A stretch of 57,063 nucleotides of DNA from contig CAIZKO010000107.1 in assembly GCA_903933585.1 (NCBI GenBank), forward strand, positions 1 through 57,063. The letters run 5' to 3'. This DNA is from an uncultured Actinomycetes bacterium (GTDB taxonomy: Bacteria > Actinomycetota > Actinomycetes > Nanopelagicales > Nanopelagicaceae). Made by a program: the position numbers and the translations under genes. This document shows, piece after piece, positions 36,922-46,502 of the stretch (position 1 is the stretch's first letter; each line of letters opens with the position of its first letter). Under the pieces are notes generated by a model that searched no databases, had not been told where the DNA came from, and worked only from the letters and a program-made list of their open reading frames with translations.

Positions 36922-39078
36922 GTTGGCAGGGCTTACGCCGGTGATGCGGGGGATACGGAAATGGGCGATCTCGCCTGTGGCGTGGTCGCGCGCGACCAGA
37001 GTCCCGAGAGAGATGGAAAGTGGATCAATCAATCGATTGGAAACCCCGCCGTTGGAGTCCGCGTAGCCAATGGTGAGGCTGGCCCGCTCCTCAATGTATT
37101 GATGAAGGAGGTCAACGGTCTCATTTGCGGTCGTGCGCGGGACATCGCGCGGCTTATGGGAGCTGGCTCGTTCTCCAGCTCGTAATGCGCGAACTGCGGA
37201 AGAGATCAAAGTTTCACCAGGAGTAGTGAGTTCGGATATCACGCGTGGAGGTTTTGGTCTCGCCTTGGCTCGCCTCACCTTAGGAGCGGAGATGAGCACG
37301 CCCGTCTCATTTTCTGCGGCGGGCAGATATCCGCCATCGCGGAGAATCCGCATTAGCTCACCACTATCTGTATCACTGATCAAAACCTGTGGTGCGAGTT
37401 TACGTAGCCGCAGATGCTCTAGCCGTTTATCGTGGAGAATCTCTTGGATGAGACCTTCATCTTCACAACGTAGGTATGACGTCGTACTACCGGCACGCAG
37501 CTTCCCATGGCGTTTTGCAACATCTGAAATCAAATAATCTAAAGGCTGTGGCATTGGAGTCTTAGAAATCTTCTTTAAGAATTCCTTGATCTGATCTCCT
37601 GTTTGCCCATGGTCTAGGCCCCGCCGAATTGAAGATTCGCTAAATCGATACACGCTGGCGCCGCCACGACTTTCGATATCTGCGATGGTACCGATGGCAT
37701 TGGCAAGTTCCAAAGTGAGTGGACCCGGTGCAATTGCGCTGTTATCGGCTTGAATCAAAATGTGATCAACTGGTTTTGGCAGTGCCTTCTCAACACCTAA
37801 ATCCTCTTGCGCAATGAGAGCGATAGCAAAGGTTGAAATAGCACCTTGCCCCGTCAACCCCAACCATTCGGCTTCGCGAAGAATCCACTCTGAGTAATCT
37901 CGGTTGGCGCGTGTTGGGAGCATCCAGGTAAGTGTTGCCGTAATTGAATCTAAAGCTGGATCGATTCCCGGATGGTCTTTGAGTAATTTTAGAATTACCT
38001 TCTTCAAGGTCGATACCCCACCGCGATCTAGCTCTGGACCCAAGGCTGCGATGTTCTTCGAATCGCTCTTGCCAATCAGTCCACTGACTCGTGAAGTTTC
38101 CATCCAGAGCGTGACCAGTGCGTGCCACTGCTCTTCAATGCTCTTGGTAAGCCAAAGATCAAAGGCGCTTGTGGGCAGAATCTGATCATCGGTATCTATA
38201 ACTATCAGCCCGCCGATATAAAGTAGCTCTGCCACAAAGGCGGCACAGCTTTCAGAGATGCCTAGGTGCTCGGCGGTACGCTTTAAATCACGAACCCCTA
38301 ATCCACCTGATCGCAGCGCCGTAGGAGGTTCATCGGACCAGTTGTGCCCCAGCTCTTCAGCCCAACGTACGAAGGTTGAGATATTTGCGATGGCAGCAAG
38401 ATCCGCCGACTTCTGCGCTCTGGTTACGCCTTCGACAGTAGGGCGGATTGGCTGCAATGTTTTAAATACTTTTCCATCGCGAAAGTGCATCGCCACTTCG
38501 CGTGGCAGCAGGACAGTTTGTGAATCAAAGGGAACCAGAAAATTATTCTCCAATAACCATTTGATTGCTGGAGGCGCCTTTTTGATATCGGCGATCTGTC
38601 CTTTCGGTGGACCCCAAACCATCTTGCCCAGCGTTTCGACCGCCCCTTTGGGAGAGTTTTCCAGGGCTGCAAAATCGAAAGGCTTGGAACTTTTGACACC
38701 CAGACCAGCCGGATATTCTCCAATGAGCGTGCGCACATTTGAAGTTACTCGGTAGCGCTCACCATCTCGGTAGATGAGTGCGATCTCCCAGAGGGATTCA
38801 AGTGCGCGGATAGCGTCTTGCGAGGTTACCGCGACAATTTGTTGCAAAGCGATTGGTTCATCGAGGGTACATAGTGCAGTCAATATATCTAGGCGGAATT
38901 TGTCGAGTGATTCGCGAGCTCGGAGCAGGCTAGGTGCTGAATTAGCGCGCGCAGCAAGCGCCATCACATCGGTGGGCACGGGTGAGATTAGATCAGGTCG
39001 AAGTGCGAAGAGCGCTTTGATCTCATCATCAGATCGATTGCGCAACTCTTCGGTGAAGGAGATCGCTGGGGTAGACAT
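36919..39078 (-). CDS. XPB-associated large protein (Rv0862c-like): XPB N-terminal-module paralog with a WYL-like C-terminus and no ATPase motifs
   Basis: Residues about 436-586 align by eye with XPB residues about 5-150 in this same window. The C-terminus, LTIGYADSNGGVSNRLIDPLSISLGTLVARDHATGEIAHFRIPRI, is WYL-like. No Walker A or DExH motif is visible. Confidence 0.6.
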   Translation of the reverse strand: MSTPAISFTEELRNRSDDEIKALFALRPDLISPVPTDVMALAARANSAPSLLRARESLDKFRLDILTALCTLDEPIALQQIVAVTSQDAIRALESLWEIALIYRDGERYRVTSNVRTLIGEYPAGLGVKSSKPFDFAALENSPKGAVETLGKMVWGPPKGQIADIKKAPPAIKWLLENNFLVPFDSQTVLLPREVAMHFRDGKVFKTLQPIRPTVEGVTRAQKSADLAAIANISTFVRWAEELGHNWSDEPPTALRSGGLGVRDLKRTAEHLGISESCAAFVAELLYIGGLIVIDTDDQILPTSAFDLWLTKSIEEQWHALVTLWMETSRVSGLIGKSDSKNIAALGPELDRGGVSTLKKVILKLLKDHPGIDPALDSITATLTWMLPTRANRDYSEWILREAEWLGLTGQGAISTFAIALIAQEDLGVEKALPKPVDHILIQADNSAIAPGPLTLELANAIGTIADIESRGGASVYRFSESSIRRGLDHGQTGDQIKEFLKKISKTPMPQPLDYLISDVAKRHGKLRAGSTTSYLRCEDEGLIQEILHDKRLEHLRLRKLAPQVLISDTDSGELMRILRDGGYLPAAENETGVLISAPKVRRAKARPKPPRVISELTTPGETLISSAVRALRAGERASSHKPRDVPRTTANETVDLLHQYIEERASLTIGYADSNGGVSNRLIDPLSISLGTLVARDHATGEIAHFRIPRITGVSPAN

Positions 39079-39104
39079 AACTGGCCTACATTACTGGGGT
39101 TTTC

Positions 39105-39878
39105 CTACCTGCTGCGACGCCAACTCCGGGGAGATAGCAGGGTCCGCAGTTTGACCATACGTCCGAGCACGGGTGCTGCCAGCTTTTTCAGCGCTCTCAT
39201 CCTGCGAAAGTCGTAAATTGGCCAACCCTCTCGGAGGGCATGGATCTGCAGCAGGGTATCTGGGTTGATCGCTCGGGGGTTACCCACCGCTTGCAGGAGT
39301 GGAATGTCATGGTGGCTATCGGAGTAGGCGTATGAGTTTGCTAAATCGATGCCATGCTCCGCCGCTAGCGCTTCAACGGCAATCGCCTTAGTTGGACCAT
39401 GGAGGAGCTGGCCGATCAACTTTCCGGTGTAAACGCCATCCCTGACCTCAGCAACAGTTCCCAGCGCCCCAGTGAAACCCAGGCGCTTGGCTATCAGATC
39501 TGCCAGGTCCTTAGGAGTAGCCGTGACGAGCCAAACCTCTTCATCGTGATCGAGATGATTATTGGCGATTTCAATCGTTCCCTGCCACAGGGCCGGCGAA
39601 ACATATTCGTCGTAGACCTCGATACCCATCTTTTCAATGATCGAAACATCGTGGCCCCGGAAAAATTCACAGGCAGCGCCTTGAATCTTGTCGATCTCTT
39701 CCCTGTTCTCAATACCCGAGAGGCGATATCTCAAATTAGCCATCACGAAATTCGAGATATCTTTCTTTGTGAAGAAGCCCCTTTGATACATCCCCTTGCT
39801 GAGGAAGAAAAGGGACGAGCCCCGCATCAAGGTATTGTCGACATCAAAGAAAGCAACTCGCTTCAGGGGGAGCGCCAT
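39105..39878 (-). CDS. HAD-IB family hydrolase (SerB-like phosphatase)
   Basis: Motif I FFDVDNTL, a cap insert, and ...YSDSHHDIPLL... (motif IV). Confidence 0.75.
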   Translation of the reverse strand: MALPLKRVAFFDVDNTLMRGSSLFFLSKGMYQRGFFTKKDISNFVMANLRYRLSGIENREEIDKIQGAACEFFRGHDVSIIEKMGIEVYDEYVSPALWQGTIEIANNHLDHDEEVWLVTATPKDLADLIAKRLGFTGALGTVAEVRDGVYTGKLIGQLLHGPTKAIAVEALAAEHGIDLANSYAYSDSHHDIPLLQAVGNPRAINPDTLLQIHALREGWPIYDFRRMRALKKLAAPVLGRMVKLRTLLSPRSWRRSR

Positions 39879-39884
39879 ATGCCA

Positions 39885-39890
39885 AGCCTA
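39885..39890 (-). promoter_or_regulatory. -10-like hexamer TAGGCT (minus strand), 6 nt upstream of HAD hydrolase ATG 39878
   Basis: The minus strand reads TAGGCTtggcatATG. Confidence 0.35.
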
Positions 39891-39937
39891 GCCACCCTTC
39901 CGCCGACCCTCGCGCAGGCCCGATCGCGCTCCTCCTT

Positions 39938-39943
39938 TATGCT
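39938..39943 (+). promoter_or_regulatory. -10-like hexamer TATGCT, 6 nt upstream of histidine phosphatase ATG 39950
   Basis: TATGCTtagggtATG. Confidence 0.3.
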
Positions 39944-39949
39944 TAGGGT

Positions 39950-40573
39950 ATGAGCCCTACCATTCATTTCTTGAGGCATGGAGAGGTCTTTAATCCTGAG
40001 AAGATTCTTTACGGACGGCAGCAGGGCTGGTACCTCTCCGAGCGCGGCCAGGAGATGGCAAGTACGGTCGCCGAATGGTCAAAACAGTTTGAAGTTGGGG
40101 CAGTTTTAGCCTCGCCGCTACAGCGCGCCCAGGAGACCGCTCGCCCCTTAGCCGCCGCACACTCTCTGCAGATCATCACTGATGAGAATTTGATCGAAGC
40201 CGCGAATGTCTTCGAAGGAGAGAAATTTGAGATGGGCTCTGGCGTATTACGCCACCCAAAATCTTGGCGCCATCTGACGCGCCCTTGGGTTCCCTCTTGG
40301 GGTGAACCTTACGAAGAGCAGGTAGCTCGCATGTTAGCTGCGCTCTTTGCTGCTCGCGATGCCGCCGCTGGTAAGGATGCTTTTGCGGTCTCGCATCAAC
40401 TGCCCATCTGGATTCTTCGCTCCGCCGTCGAAGGTCGTCGTATGTTGCACGATCCCCGCAAACGTCAATGCACCTTGGCCTCTGTTACAAGTTTTCACTT
40501 GGATGCTGCCGGAGATATCGAGGGGGTCAGCTATGTAGAACCTGCTCGCCACCTGCTACCGGAGAAGAGATGA
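39950..40573 (+). CDS. histidine phosphatase family protein (phosphoglycerate-mutase-like)
   Basis: LRHGE catalytic motif near the N-terminus and ...SHQLPI.... Same position as the Rv0525-type gene ahead of the actinobacterial ccs cluster. Confidence 0.8.
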   Translation: MSPTIHFLRHGEVFNPEKILYGRQQGWYLSERGQEMASTVAEWSKQFEVGAVLASPLQRAQETARPLAAAHSLQIITDENLIEAANVFEGEKFEMGSGVLRHPKSWRHLTRPWVPSWGEPYEEQVARMLAALFAARDAAAGKDAFAVSHQLPIWILRSAVEGRRMLHDPRKRQCTLASVTSFHLDAAGDIEGVSYVEPARHLLPEKR

Positions 40574-41130
40574 AACGCTTAGCAATCCTTCTTTGCGCAT
40601 CTCTCGGCCTGCTCACCGGTTGTTCGAGCAGCGGTCTGTCGACCGCTAACCAAAACGCATTTGTCTCTGGCGATGGGGTCGCTGTTTATTTAAAGGCCCC
40701 TGATCGGAAGTTGGCGCCAATTATTTCTGGAGCGACCCTCCAAAGTGGAACCATGGCGCTCGCTGCGAACAAGGTCACCGTCCTCAATGTTTGGGCCTCA
40801 TGGTGTTCGCCCTGTCGTGCCGAAGCTCCACTACTTTCTGACTTCGCAATCAAATACGCGCCGCAGGGTGTCCAATTCGCCGGAATCTTGACGCGAGATA
40901 ACACCTCTTCAGCCCTGGAATTTGTAAAGCGTTTCAAGATTGCATATCCAGTATTTACCGATGATTCGGTGCTCGCTAAATTTAGAAACTCTCTGGTCCC
41001 TAACGCGATTCCCACGACGCTCATTATTGATGCGCACGGGTACGTTGCTGCCCGCGTCAGCGGCGAAGTCACTGTCGCACTTCTTACCAATTTGCTCGAC
41101 AAGGTTCTGAAGGATGCGCCTCATGCATAA
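40570..41130 (+). CDS. TlpA/ResA-like thiol-disulfide oxidoreductase lipoprotein
   Basis: Lipobox LLTGCSSS when started at ATG 40570 (ATGA overlap with the upstream stop). WASWCSPC active site. Confidence 0.8.
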   Translation: MKRLAILLCASLGLLTGCSSSGLSTANQNAFVSGDGVAVYLKAPDRKLAPIISGATLQSGTMALAANKVTVLNVWASWCSPCRAEAPLLSDFAIKYAPQGVQFAGILTRDNTSSALEFVKRFKIAYPVFTDDSVLAKFRNSLVPNAIPTTLIIDAHGYVAARVSGEVTVALLTNLLDKVLKDAPHA

Positions 41131-41854
41131 CTTCTTTGTGCACCAAATTCTCGCTGGCAATCTTCTGTTAGCCCTGGGGGTTGCAGTTATCGCCGGTTTA
41201 ATCTCATTCTTCTCACCTTGCGTCCTGCCTCTAGTTCCTGGCTACCTCGCTTATTCAGCAGGTATGACAGATGTGAAGAACAAGGGACGCACTGCACTAG
41301 GGGCAATTCTCTTTGTCTCCGGGTTCTCAGTTCTCTTTATTAGTTACGGAGCGCTCTTTGGTTCGCTGGGGTCCAAGATTTCTAGCGGATCGAGATGGCT
41401 GCAGATCGTGCTCGGTCTGCTCACGATGCTTATGGGGACTGTCTTCCTCTTCAATCAAAGGTTCTACCGCTCATTTAAACCGCAGTGGAAGTCCACCACC
41501 GGTTTACTTGGAGCACCACTCTTAGGTTTCCTATTTGGTCTGGGTTGGACTCCATGCATTGGCCCAACGCTGGGCGCGGTGCAAGCTCTCTCCTTCCAAA
41601 GTTCTAGTGCGCTGCGCGGAGCAATTTTGAGCGTTGGTTACTGCTTTGGAATCGGAGTTCCATTTATCCTCGTGGGGTTGTTCTTTGATCAATCGGCAAA
41701 GTTGCGACGTTTTATCTCCAGGCGTGGCAACCTCTTAACTATCTTTGGCGGAGTATTTCTTATCATCATTGGCTTCTTGCAGGCAACTGGATTGTGGGGG
41801 CAGATTATCAACTCACTACGCGCCTCGATCTCCAATTTTGTGCCGGTGGTCTGA
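41114..41854 (+). CDS. ccdA: cytochrome c biogenesis thiol-reductant transporter CcdA
   Basis: DsbD-type membrane core with [14 protein letters not shown] and [11 protein letters not shown]. Confidence 0.85.
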   Translation: MRLMHNFFVHQILAGNLLLALGVAVIAGLISFFSPCVLPLVPGYLAYSAGMTDVKNKGRTALGAILFVSGFSVLFISYGALFGSLGSKISSGSRWLQIVLGLLTMLMGTVFLFNQRFYRSFKPQWKSTTGLLGAPLLGFLFGLGWTPCIGPTLGAVQALSFQSSSALRGAILSVGYCFGIGVPFILVGLFFDQSAKLRRFISRRGNLLTIFGGVFLIIIGFLQATGLWGQIINSLRASISNFVPVV

Positions 41855-43341
41855 TGGAGCAGAACGAAATCCAAAGGCCAAATATCGGCGTAATAGGAAT
41901 GTTGCGTTGGGCTTGGCGCCAGTTAACGAGCATGCGTACCGCGCTAATTTTGCTGATGCTCTTAGGTGTAGCTGCAATTCCAGGCTCACTCTTCCCGCAA
42001 CGCAGTCAAAATCCGCAGAAAGTTGACTCCTACTTCACAAGTGATCCAACTCTGGCCAAATGGATGGATCGCCTGCACTTATTTAATGTCTATGCATCGC
42101 CCTGGTTTAGCGCAATTTATCTCTTGCTATTTATTTCGCTTATTGGATGTGTCCTACCCCGTACTGTGTCGCATCTGCGCGCGATCGCCAAGAAACCACC
42201 ACTGACTCCGCGAAATTTAGATCGCATGGAGGGTTATCGAATTGTCTCGACGGATCAAGAGCGGGCTCTAGATATTTCGCAACAGTGGTTAAAGAGCCAC
42301 CGTTTCCGAATTCGGCGCGAAGGTAATTCAATATCTGCCGAAAAGGGCTATAGCCGCGAAACTGGAAATCTCTTATTCCACCTTTCGCTAATCTTGATTC
42401 TCGTAGGAGTCGCCCTGGGTGGACTCTTGGGAATGAAGGGTGAGGCGATTTTGAATGTGGGCGATCGATTCATTAATACGCCCACTTCGTACGACAATAT
42501 AAGTTACGGAAAGTTTCAGGGACAGGGTTCACTCGTTCCATTTTCCCTCACCGTTAAGAATTTTGTTGCATCATATGTTCCAACCACAGGTCAACCAAGT
42601 AACTATGTACTCACTACAGATATTTCCGCTCCGATTGGTATCACCGCCAAAGAGGTCGTCATTAAGGTCAATAAGCCATGGACTTCAGGAAGCACCAAGG
42701 TTTATCTACAGGCAAATGGCTATTCACCCGTAGTTACAGTCCGCGACAAATCGGGTCACATCACCTTCCAAGGTGCGGTGATATTTCTTCCACAAGATGC
42801 GAACCTAAGTTCTTTAGGAGCTATCAAGATTCCCGATATGACACCGCAGATTGGTTTCATCGCATCTTTCATACCGACGGCCACCAGTAGCGCAGCACGT
42901 GGAATCTTCTCTACCTATCCCGAGGTCCTTGATCCACGCCTCGTTCTATCTGCCTGGAAGGGTAACTTGGGGCTAGATAGTGGAACCCCACAATCTGTTT
43001 ACTCGCTCAATACCTCGAAGATGACAAAGATTGGTCTCAAAGCTCTCACACTCGGAAGCACCTATGATTTTGGCGCAGGAAGTATCACCTTCGATGGCTG
43101 GAAGGCTTGGGTCAATCTGCAGATTGTTGATGATCCTGGGAAGATGTACGCACTCTATGGTGCGATCTTTGCGATCTTGGGGTTGCTGATCTCACTCTTT
43201 ACACGCCAGCGCCGAATTTGGATAAAGGTAGGCGATGATGTTGAAATAGCGGGTCTGGCAAAGAATGGCATTCCAGGACTTGAAGAAGAACTCATAGCGC
43301 TAGCGCGGGCGCTTGAAGAAGTTAGAGGAGACAATAAGTGA
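41854..43341 (+). CDS. resB: cytochrome c biogenesis protein ResB/Ccs1
   Basis: N-terminal ...LRWAWRQLTSMRTALILL..., a large extracytoplasmic loop and a C-terminal TM helix. ATG 41854 overlaps the ccdA stop (TGATG). Confidence 0.85.
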   Translation: MEQNEIQRPNIGVIGMLRWAWRQLTSMRTALILLMLLGVAAIPGSLFPQRSQNPQKVDSYFTSDPTLAKWMDRLHLFNVYASPWFSAIYLLLFISLIGCVLPRTVSHLRAIAKKPPLTPRNLDRMEGYRIVSTDQERALDISQQWLKSHRFRIRREGNSISAEKGYSRETGNLLFHLSLILILVGVALGGLLGMKGEAILNVGDRFINTPTSYDNISYGKFQGQGSLVPFSLTVKNFVASYVPTTGQPSNYVLTTDISAPIGITAKEVVIKVNKPWTSGSTKVYLQANGYSPVVTVRDKSGHITFQGAVIFLPQDANLSSLGAIKIPDMTPQIGFIASFIPTATSSAARGIFSTYPEVLDPRLVLSAWKGNLGLDSGTPQSVYSLNTSKMTKIGLKALTLGSTYDFGAGSITFDGWKAWVNLQIVDDPGKMYALYGAIFAILGLLISLFTRQRRIWIKVGDDVEIAGLAKNGIPGLEEELIALARALEEVRGDNK

Positions 43342-44234
43342 CGTCGACCAGCCTTGCATATTTTTCGAATGGGGCGATTTATGCTTGTTTGGCGATCTTC
43401 ACGATCGCATTTCTTTCACATGCCATCGAAGTATCTTGGTCGGTCCGCAATGTAGAAGGCCATGATCGCACTGAGTTTGATTTTGAGAAGACGGCACGAG
43501 TCGGTCGCATCGGCACCGCGATGATGATCCTTGGCTTTGCAGTATTGATGGTCGCGGTTGTAACTCGCGGCCTCTCTGCGCACCGTGTGCCCTGGGGCAA
43601 TATGTATGAATTTTCGATTACCGGCGCCCTCATGTTAACTGCCGCTTACTTATTCGCCTTTGCAAAATATAAGGTGCGCTGGCTTGGTCTTCCCGTTTCT
43701 ATTTCGGTATTACTCACTTTGGGAACTGCTATCACGGTGCTCTACCGACCAAGCGCGCCGTTGGTTCCAGCCCTTAAATCTCCCTGGTTGGCCATCCACG
43801 TATTGGCAGCCATTATTTCCGGTGGAGTCTTCCTTGTCGCAAACTTGGTCGCGGCAACATTTCTTATTATGGAGCGTTATGAACTCAAAGGTGGACGCCC
43901 ACAATGGGCTAGCAAAATCCCCTCGCTCGAGAATTTGGACCAACTTTCATATCGCTTGATCGCCTTCGTCTTTCCACTCTGGACCTTTGCGGTTATTGCG
44001 GGTGCTATCTGGGCCGAATCTGCCTGGGGAAAGTACTGGAGCTGGGATCCCAAAGAAACGTGGGCATTCATTACTTGGGTGGCATACGCCGCATATTTAC
44101 ATGCGCGTGTAACGGTTGGTTGGCGTGGTCGGCGTGCCGCCTGGCTCTGTATATTCGCCGGTTCAACATTCCTCTTTAATTATATCTGGGTAAATATTTG
44201 GGGAACGGGCTTGCACACTTACTCAGGTTTGTAA
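43338..44234 (+). CDS. ccsA: cytochrome c-type biogenesis protein CcsA/ResC (heme handling)
   Basis: WWD-type motif WGKYWSWDPKETWA. The GTG start overlaps the resB stop (GTGA). Confidence 0.9.
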   Translation: MTSTSLAYFSNGAIYACLAIFTIAFLSHAIEVSWSVRNVEGHDRTEFDFEKTARVGRIGTAMMILGFAVLMVAVVTRGLSAHRVPWGNMYEFSITGALMLTAAYLFAFAKYKVRWLGLPVSISVLLTLGTAITVLYRPSAPLVPALKSPWLAIHVLAAIISGGVFLVANLVAATFLIMERYELKGGRPQWASKIPSLENLDQLSYRLIAFVFPLWTFAVIAGAIWAESAWGKYWSWDPKETWAFITWVAYAAYLHARVTVGWRGRRAAWLCIFAGSTFLFNYIWVNIWGTGLHTYSGL

Positions 44235-44237
44235 GAT

Positions 44238-44492
44238 TTAGAGTTGCTTTAAAAAATCAGGATTATCGTCTGGCGGAATCATGCGACCAGGGCGACGGCG
44301 AGGTGTTGCAATGTTCTTGGTTCGGCCAATCAAGAGCCAAGCTATCGCTCCGAGTGAACCGAAGAATATGATGATGAGCAACCATCCCCACTTGGGAAGG
44401 TTGCGGACCCGATCTTGATCTGTGCGGGCGCAATCAAATAGCCCGAAGAGCCAGACCGCCAGGCCACCAACAACAATGAGTACATCAAGCAT
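44238..44492 (-). CDS. small membrane protein with a PLD-nuclease-N-terminal-type (PLDc_N) domain
   Basis: Starting at ATG 44492: two TM helices flanking ...DCARTDQDRVRNLPKWGWLLIIIFFGSLGAIAWLL.... The longer ORF (to 44669) would overlap menA. Confidence 0.55.
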   Translation of the reverse strand: MLDVLIVVGGLAVWLFGLFDCARTDQDRVRNLPKWGWLLIIIFFGSLGAIAWLLIGRTKNIATPRRRPGRMIPPDDNPDFLKQL

Positions 44493-44509
44493 GAGATTTA
44501 GTTTACTCG

Positions 44510-45379
44510 TTAAATCAAAAGCGCGAACGCTAGGGCTGTTGATAAGAATAATTGCAGCTTCCCGATCTGACCCAACATAGGAATCAGTTGAGCGCCCGCC
44601 GCCCCCGATTGAATTCCTCTCGCAATTTTCCCAGTTATCGGAAGAAAGAGGAGAGTGATGAGCGTCCACGGCGTAATCAGAGCAGCTAGCGCCGCAGCAA
44701 CATGTGCCAAGAGAAGAAGCGCAATAAACATGGTCCGAGCCCGCTTATCACCAAGGCGAACGGCAACCGTCCGCTTTCCAACTAGTGCATCTTTTGGTAG
44801 ATCCCTCAGATTGTTAATGGCAAGAAGTGAGCAAGAGAGAGCGCCAACAGGGATTGATACCAAGACGCTCTGCCATGAGATGCGATGGGATTGCACAACA
44901 TAACTACCAACGGTTGCGACTAGTCCAAAGAAGAGAAATACCGAGATCTCACCTAAACCAGAGTAGCCGTATGGACGCTCTCCGCCGGTGTAATTCCATG
45001 CGGCCAGAATACTGAGAAGACCCACGAGGACGAGCCACCACGAGACGCGGATCGCCAAGATAGCTCCGAACAATGAAGCGACGGCGAAGCAGATGAATGC
45101 TGCTCGCTTAACCGCTTGGGCAGATGCCAACCCACTGGCAACAAGGCGCACAGGCCCAACACGATTGTTATCTGTGCCACGAATTCCATCGCTGTAGTCG
45201 TTGGAATAATTGACGGCAATCTGCAGAAGCAGGCTAACTAGTAGCGCCAAGATAGCGTTGAGAAAGTTGATCGAATGGTGGTCACGCCGGATGAGGGCGG
45301 TTCCGACTAACACTGGTGATATTGCTGCTGGAAGAGTCCGCGGGCGGGCGCCGGCTAACCAGATATTTTTTTCACTCAT
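44510..45379 (-). CDS. menA: 1,4-dihydroxy-2-naphthoate polyprenyltransferase
   Basis: UbiA family with ...NYSNDYSDGIRGTD... and ...NNLRDLPKD.... Confidence 0.9.
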   Translation of the reverse strand: MSEKNIWLAGARPRTLPAAISPVLVGTALIRRDHHSINFLNAILALLVSLLLQIAVNYSNDYSDGIRGTDNNRVGPVRLVASGLASAQAVKRAAFICFAVASLFGAILAIRVSWWLVLVGLLSILAAWNYTGGERPYGYSGLGEISVFLFFGLVATVGSYVVQSHRISWQSVLVSIPVGALSCSLLAINNLRDLPKDALVGKRTVAVRLGDKRARTMFIALLLLAHVAAALAALITPWTLITLLFLPITGKIARGIQSGAAGAQLIPMLGQIGKLQLFLSTALAFALLI

Positions 45380-46431
45380 GGCCGAATCATCTCAAACATT
45401 TGGGACAACGTCAGGCGATCTGGTTTTCCGATCGAGGTGAGGGGCAATTGCACATTTTCAAGGAATAATTTGGGTACAGCATGATTTCCAAAATTTTCAC
45501 GCAGAGATTGCGAGATGGCCGCTCTATCGAGGTCACCAGAACTCGCCAGACAGAGTTGCTGGCCCCACTCCGGATCAGAGATAGCACAACTCATAAAGGT
45601 ATTTTGATAGATCTTGTTGAGAAATCCATCAATTGCGCTCAATGAGATCTTCTCACCGCCGGAGATAATGAGATCATCGATCCGCCCCATCACAATTAAT
45701 TTCCCATCCTCAAGTCGACCGGCATCGTTGGTCAGGAACCATCCCTTTTCATCAGCGAGAGGAAGATCTGCACCCAAATATTCGCGAGCCTGCATGGGGC
45801 CACGCAGGGCTATCCGGTCTTTGGCACGAATCTCAGCATCGACTCCATTAAGAAGATGACCGTTGTATACACATCCGCCGGACATCTCTGACATTCCGTA
45901 GGTAGTTACAACGTTAATTCCAGCATCACGCGCTCGTTGAAGGAGCTGGGGATCAATTGCCGCACCACCCACCAGAACGGCCTGCGCATTTTGCAGGTCG
46001 CATAGAGGTTCGCCCGCTTCATTGAGCGCACGAAAGAGTTGAGTCGGGACGATCGAGGTGTAATCAAAGTTCTTATCGGCAATTGAAGTTCCGAGTTCGA
46101 TCGCGCGCACCAGAACATTTACCCCGGCGATGTGGTTCGTTGGCAAGAGCAGCGACCAACTCTGGCCCGATTTCGCCCCGAGGAAGTGGTGAGATGCGGT
46201 TGCACTAGCCCGCACGGCCGCGGCCGTCAACGCCACTTCCTTCGGGCTGCCGCTGGAGCCGCTGGTTGGAATTACGATCGCCACATCGGAGGGAACGGCG
46301 TTAAATTGGGAGGGAGCGAAGGCAAGTGCTGGGCCATTACCTTCTAGCGCAGAGTGCAGAGCCTCCTGAATGTGGGGGATTGACCACGAGGAGGGAATTT
46401 CTAGCAGGTCGCGCGGTGACGTATTAACCAT
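45376..46431 (-). CDS. menE: o-succinylbenzoate--CoA ligase (short actinobacterial form)
   Basis: AMP-binding motif PTSGSSGSPKEV and ...TYGMSE.... The stop overlaps the menA start by 4 nt. Confidence 0.8.
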   Translation of the reverse strand: MVNTSPRDLLEIPSSWSIPHIQEALHSALEGNGPALAFAPSQFNAVPSDVAIVIPTSGSSGSPKEVALTAAAVRASATASHHFLGAKSGQSWSLLLPTNHIAGVNVLVRAIELGTSIADKNFDYTSIVPTQLFRALNEAGEPLCDLQNAQAVLVGGAAIDPQLLQRARDAGINVVTTYGMSEMSGGCVYNGHLLNGVDAEIRAKDRIALRGPMQAREYLGADLPLADEKGWFLTNDAGRLEDGKLIVMGRIDDLIISGGEKISLSAIDGFLNKIYQNTFMSCAISDPEWGQQLCLASSGDLDRAAISQSLRENFGNHAVPKLFLENVQLPLTSIGKPDRLTLSQMFEMIRP

Positions 46432-46439
46432 AGCCCCCG

Positions 46440-46445
46440 TAGGCT
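46440..46445 (+). promoter_or_regulatory. -10-like hexamer TAGGCT, 6 nt upstream of TTG 46452 (menB transcript start or leaderless start)
   Basis: TAGGCTatcggcTTG. An SD-led GTG follows at 46503. Confidence 0.3.
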
Positions 46446-46502
46446 ATCGGCTTGGAACGAAATATCGGAAGTGAAATTCGCAATGCTGCAAAAGGAGTAA
46501 GT

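Noticed and set aside
40468-40569. N-terminal extensions in the ORF track: 40468 for the resA-like gene, 44493..44669 for the PLDc_N gene, 33893..33967 for the large secreted protein, 18808..18858 for nadB, 20439..20468 for nadC, 41794..41853 for resB and 5360..5422 for the deacetylase.
   Set aside because: Each extension runs through the upstream gene or removes a proper signal peptide, lipobox or Tat motif. Internal ATG/GTG starts give the canonical ATGA/TGATG couplings and sensible N-termini.
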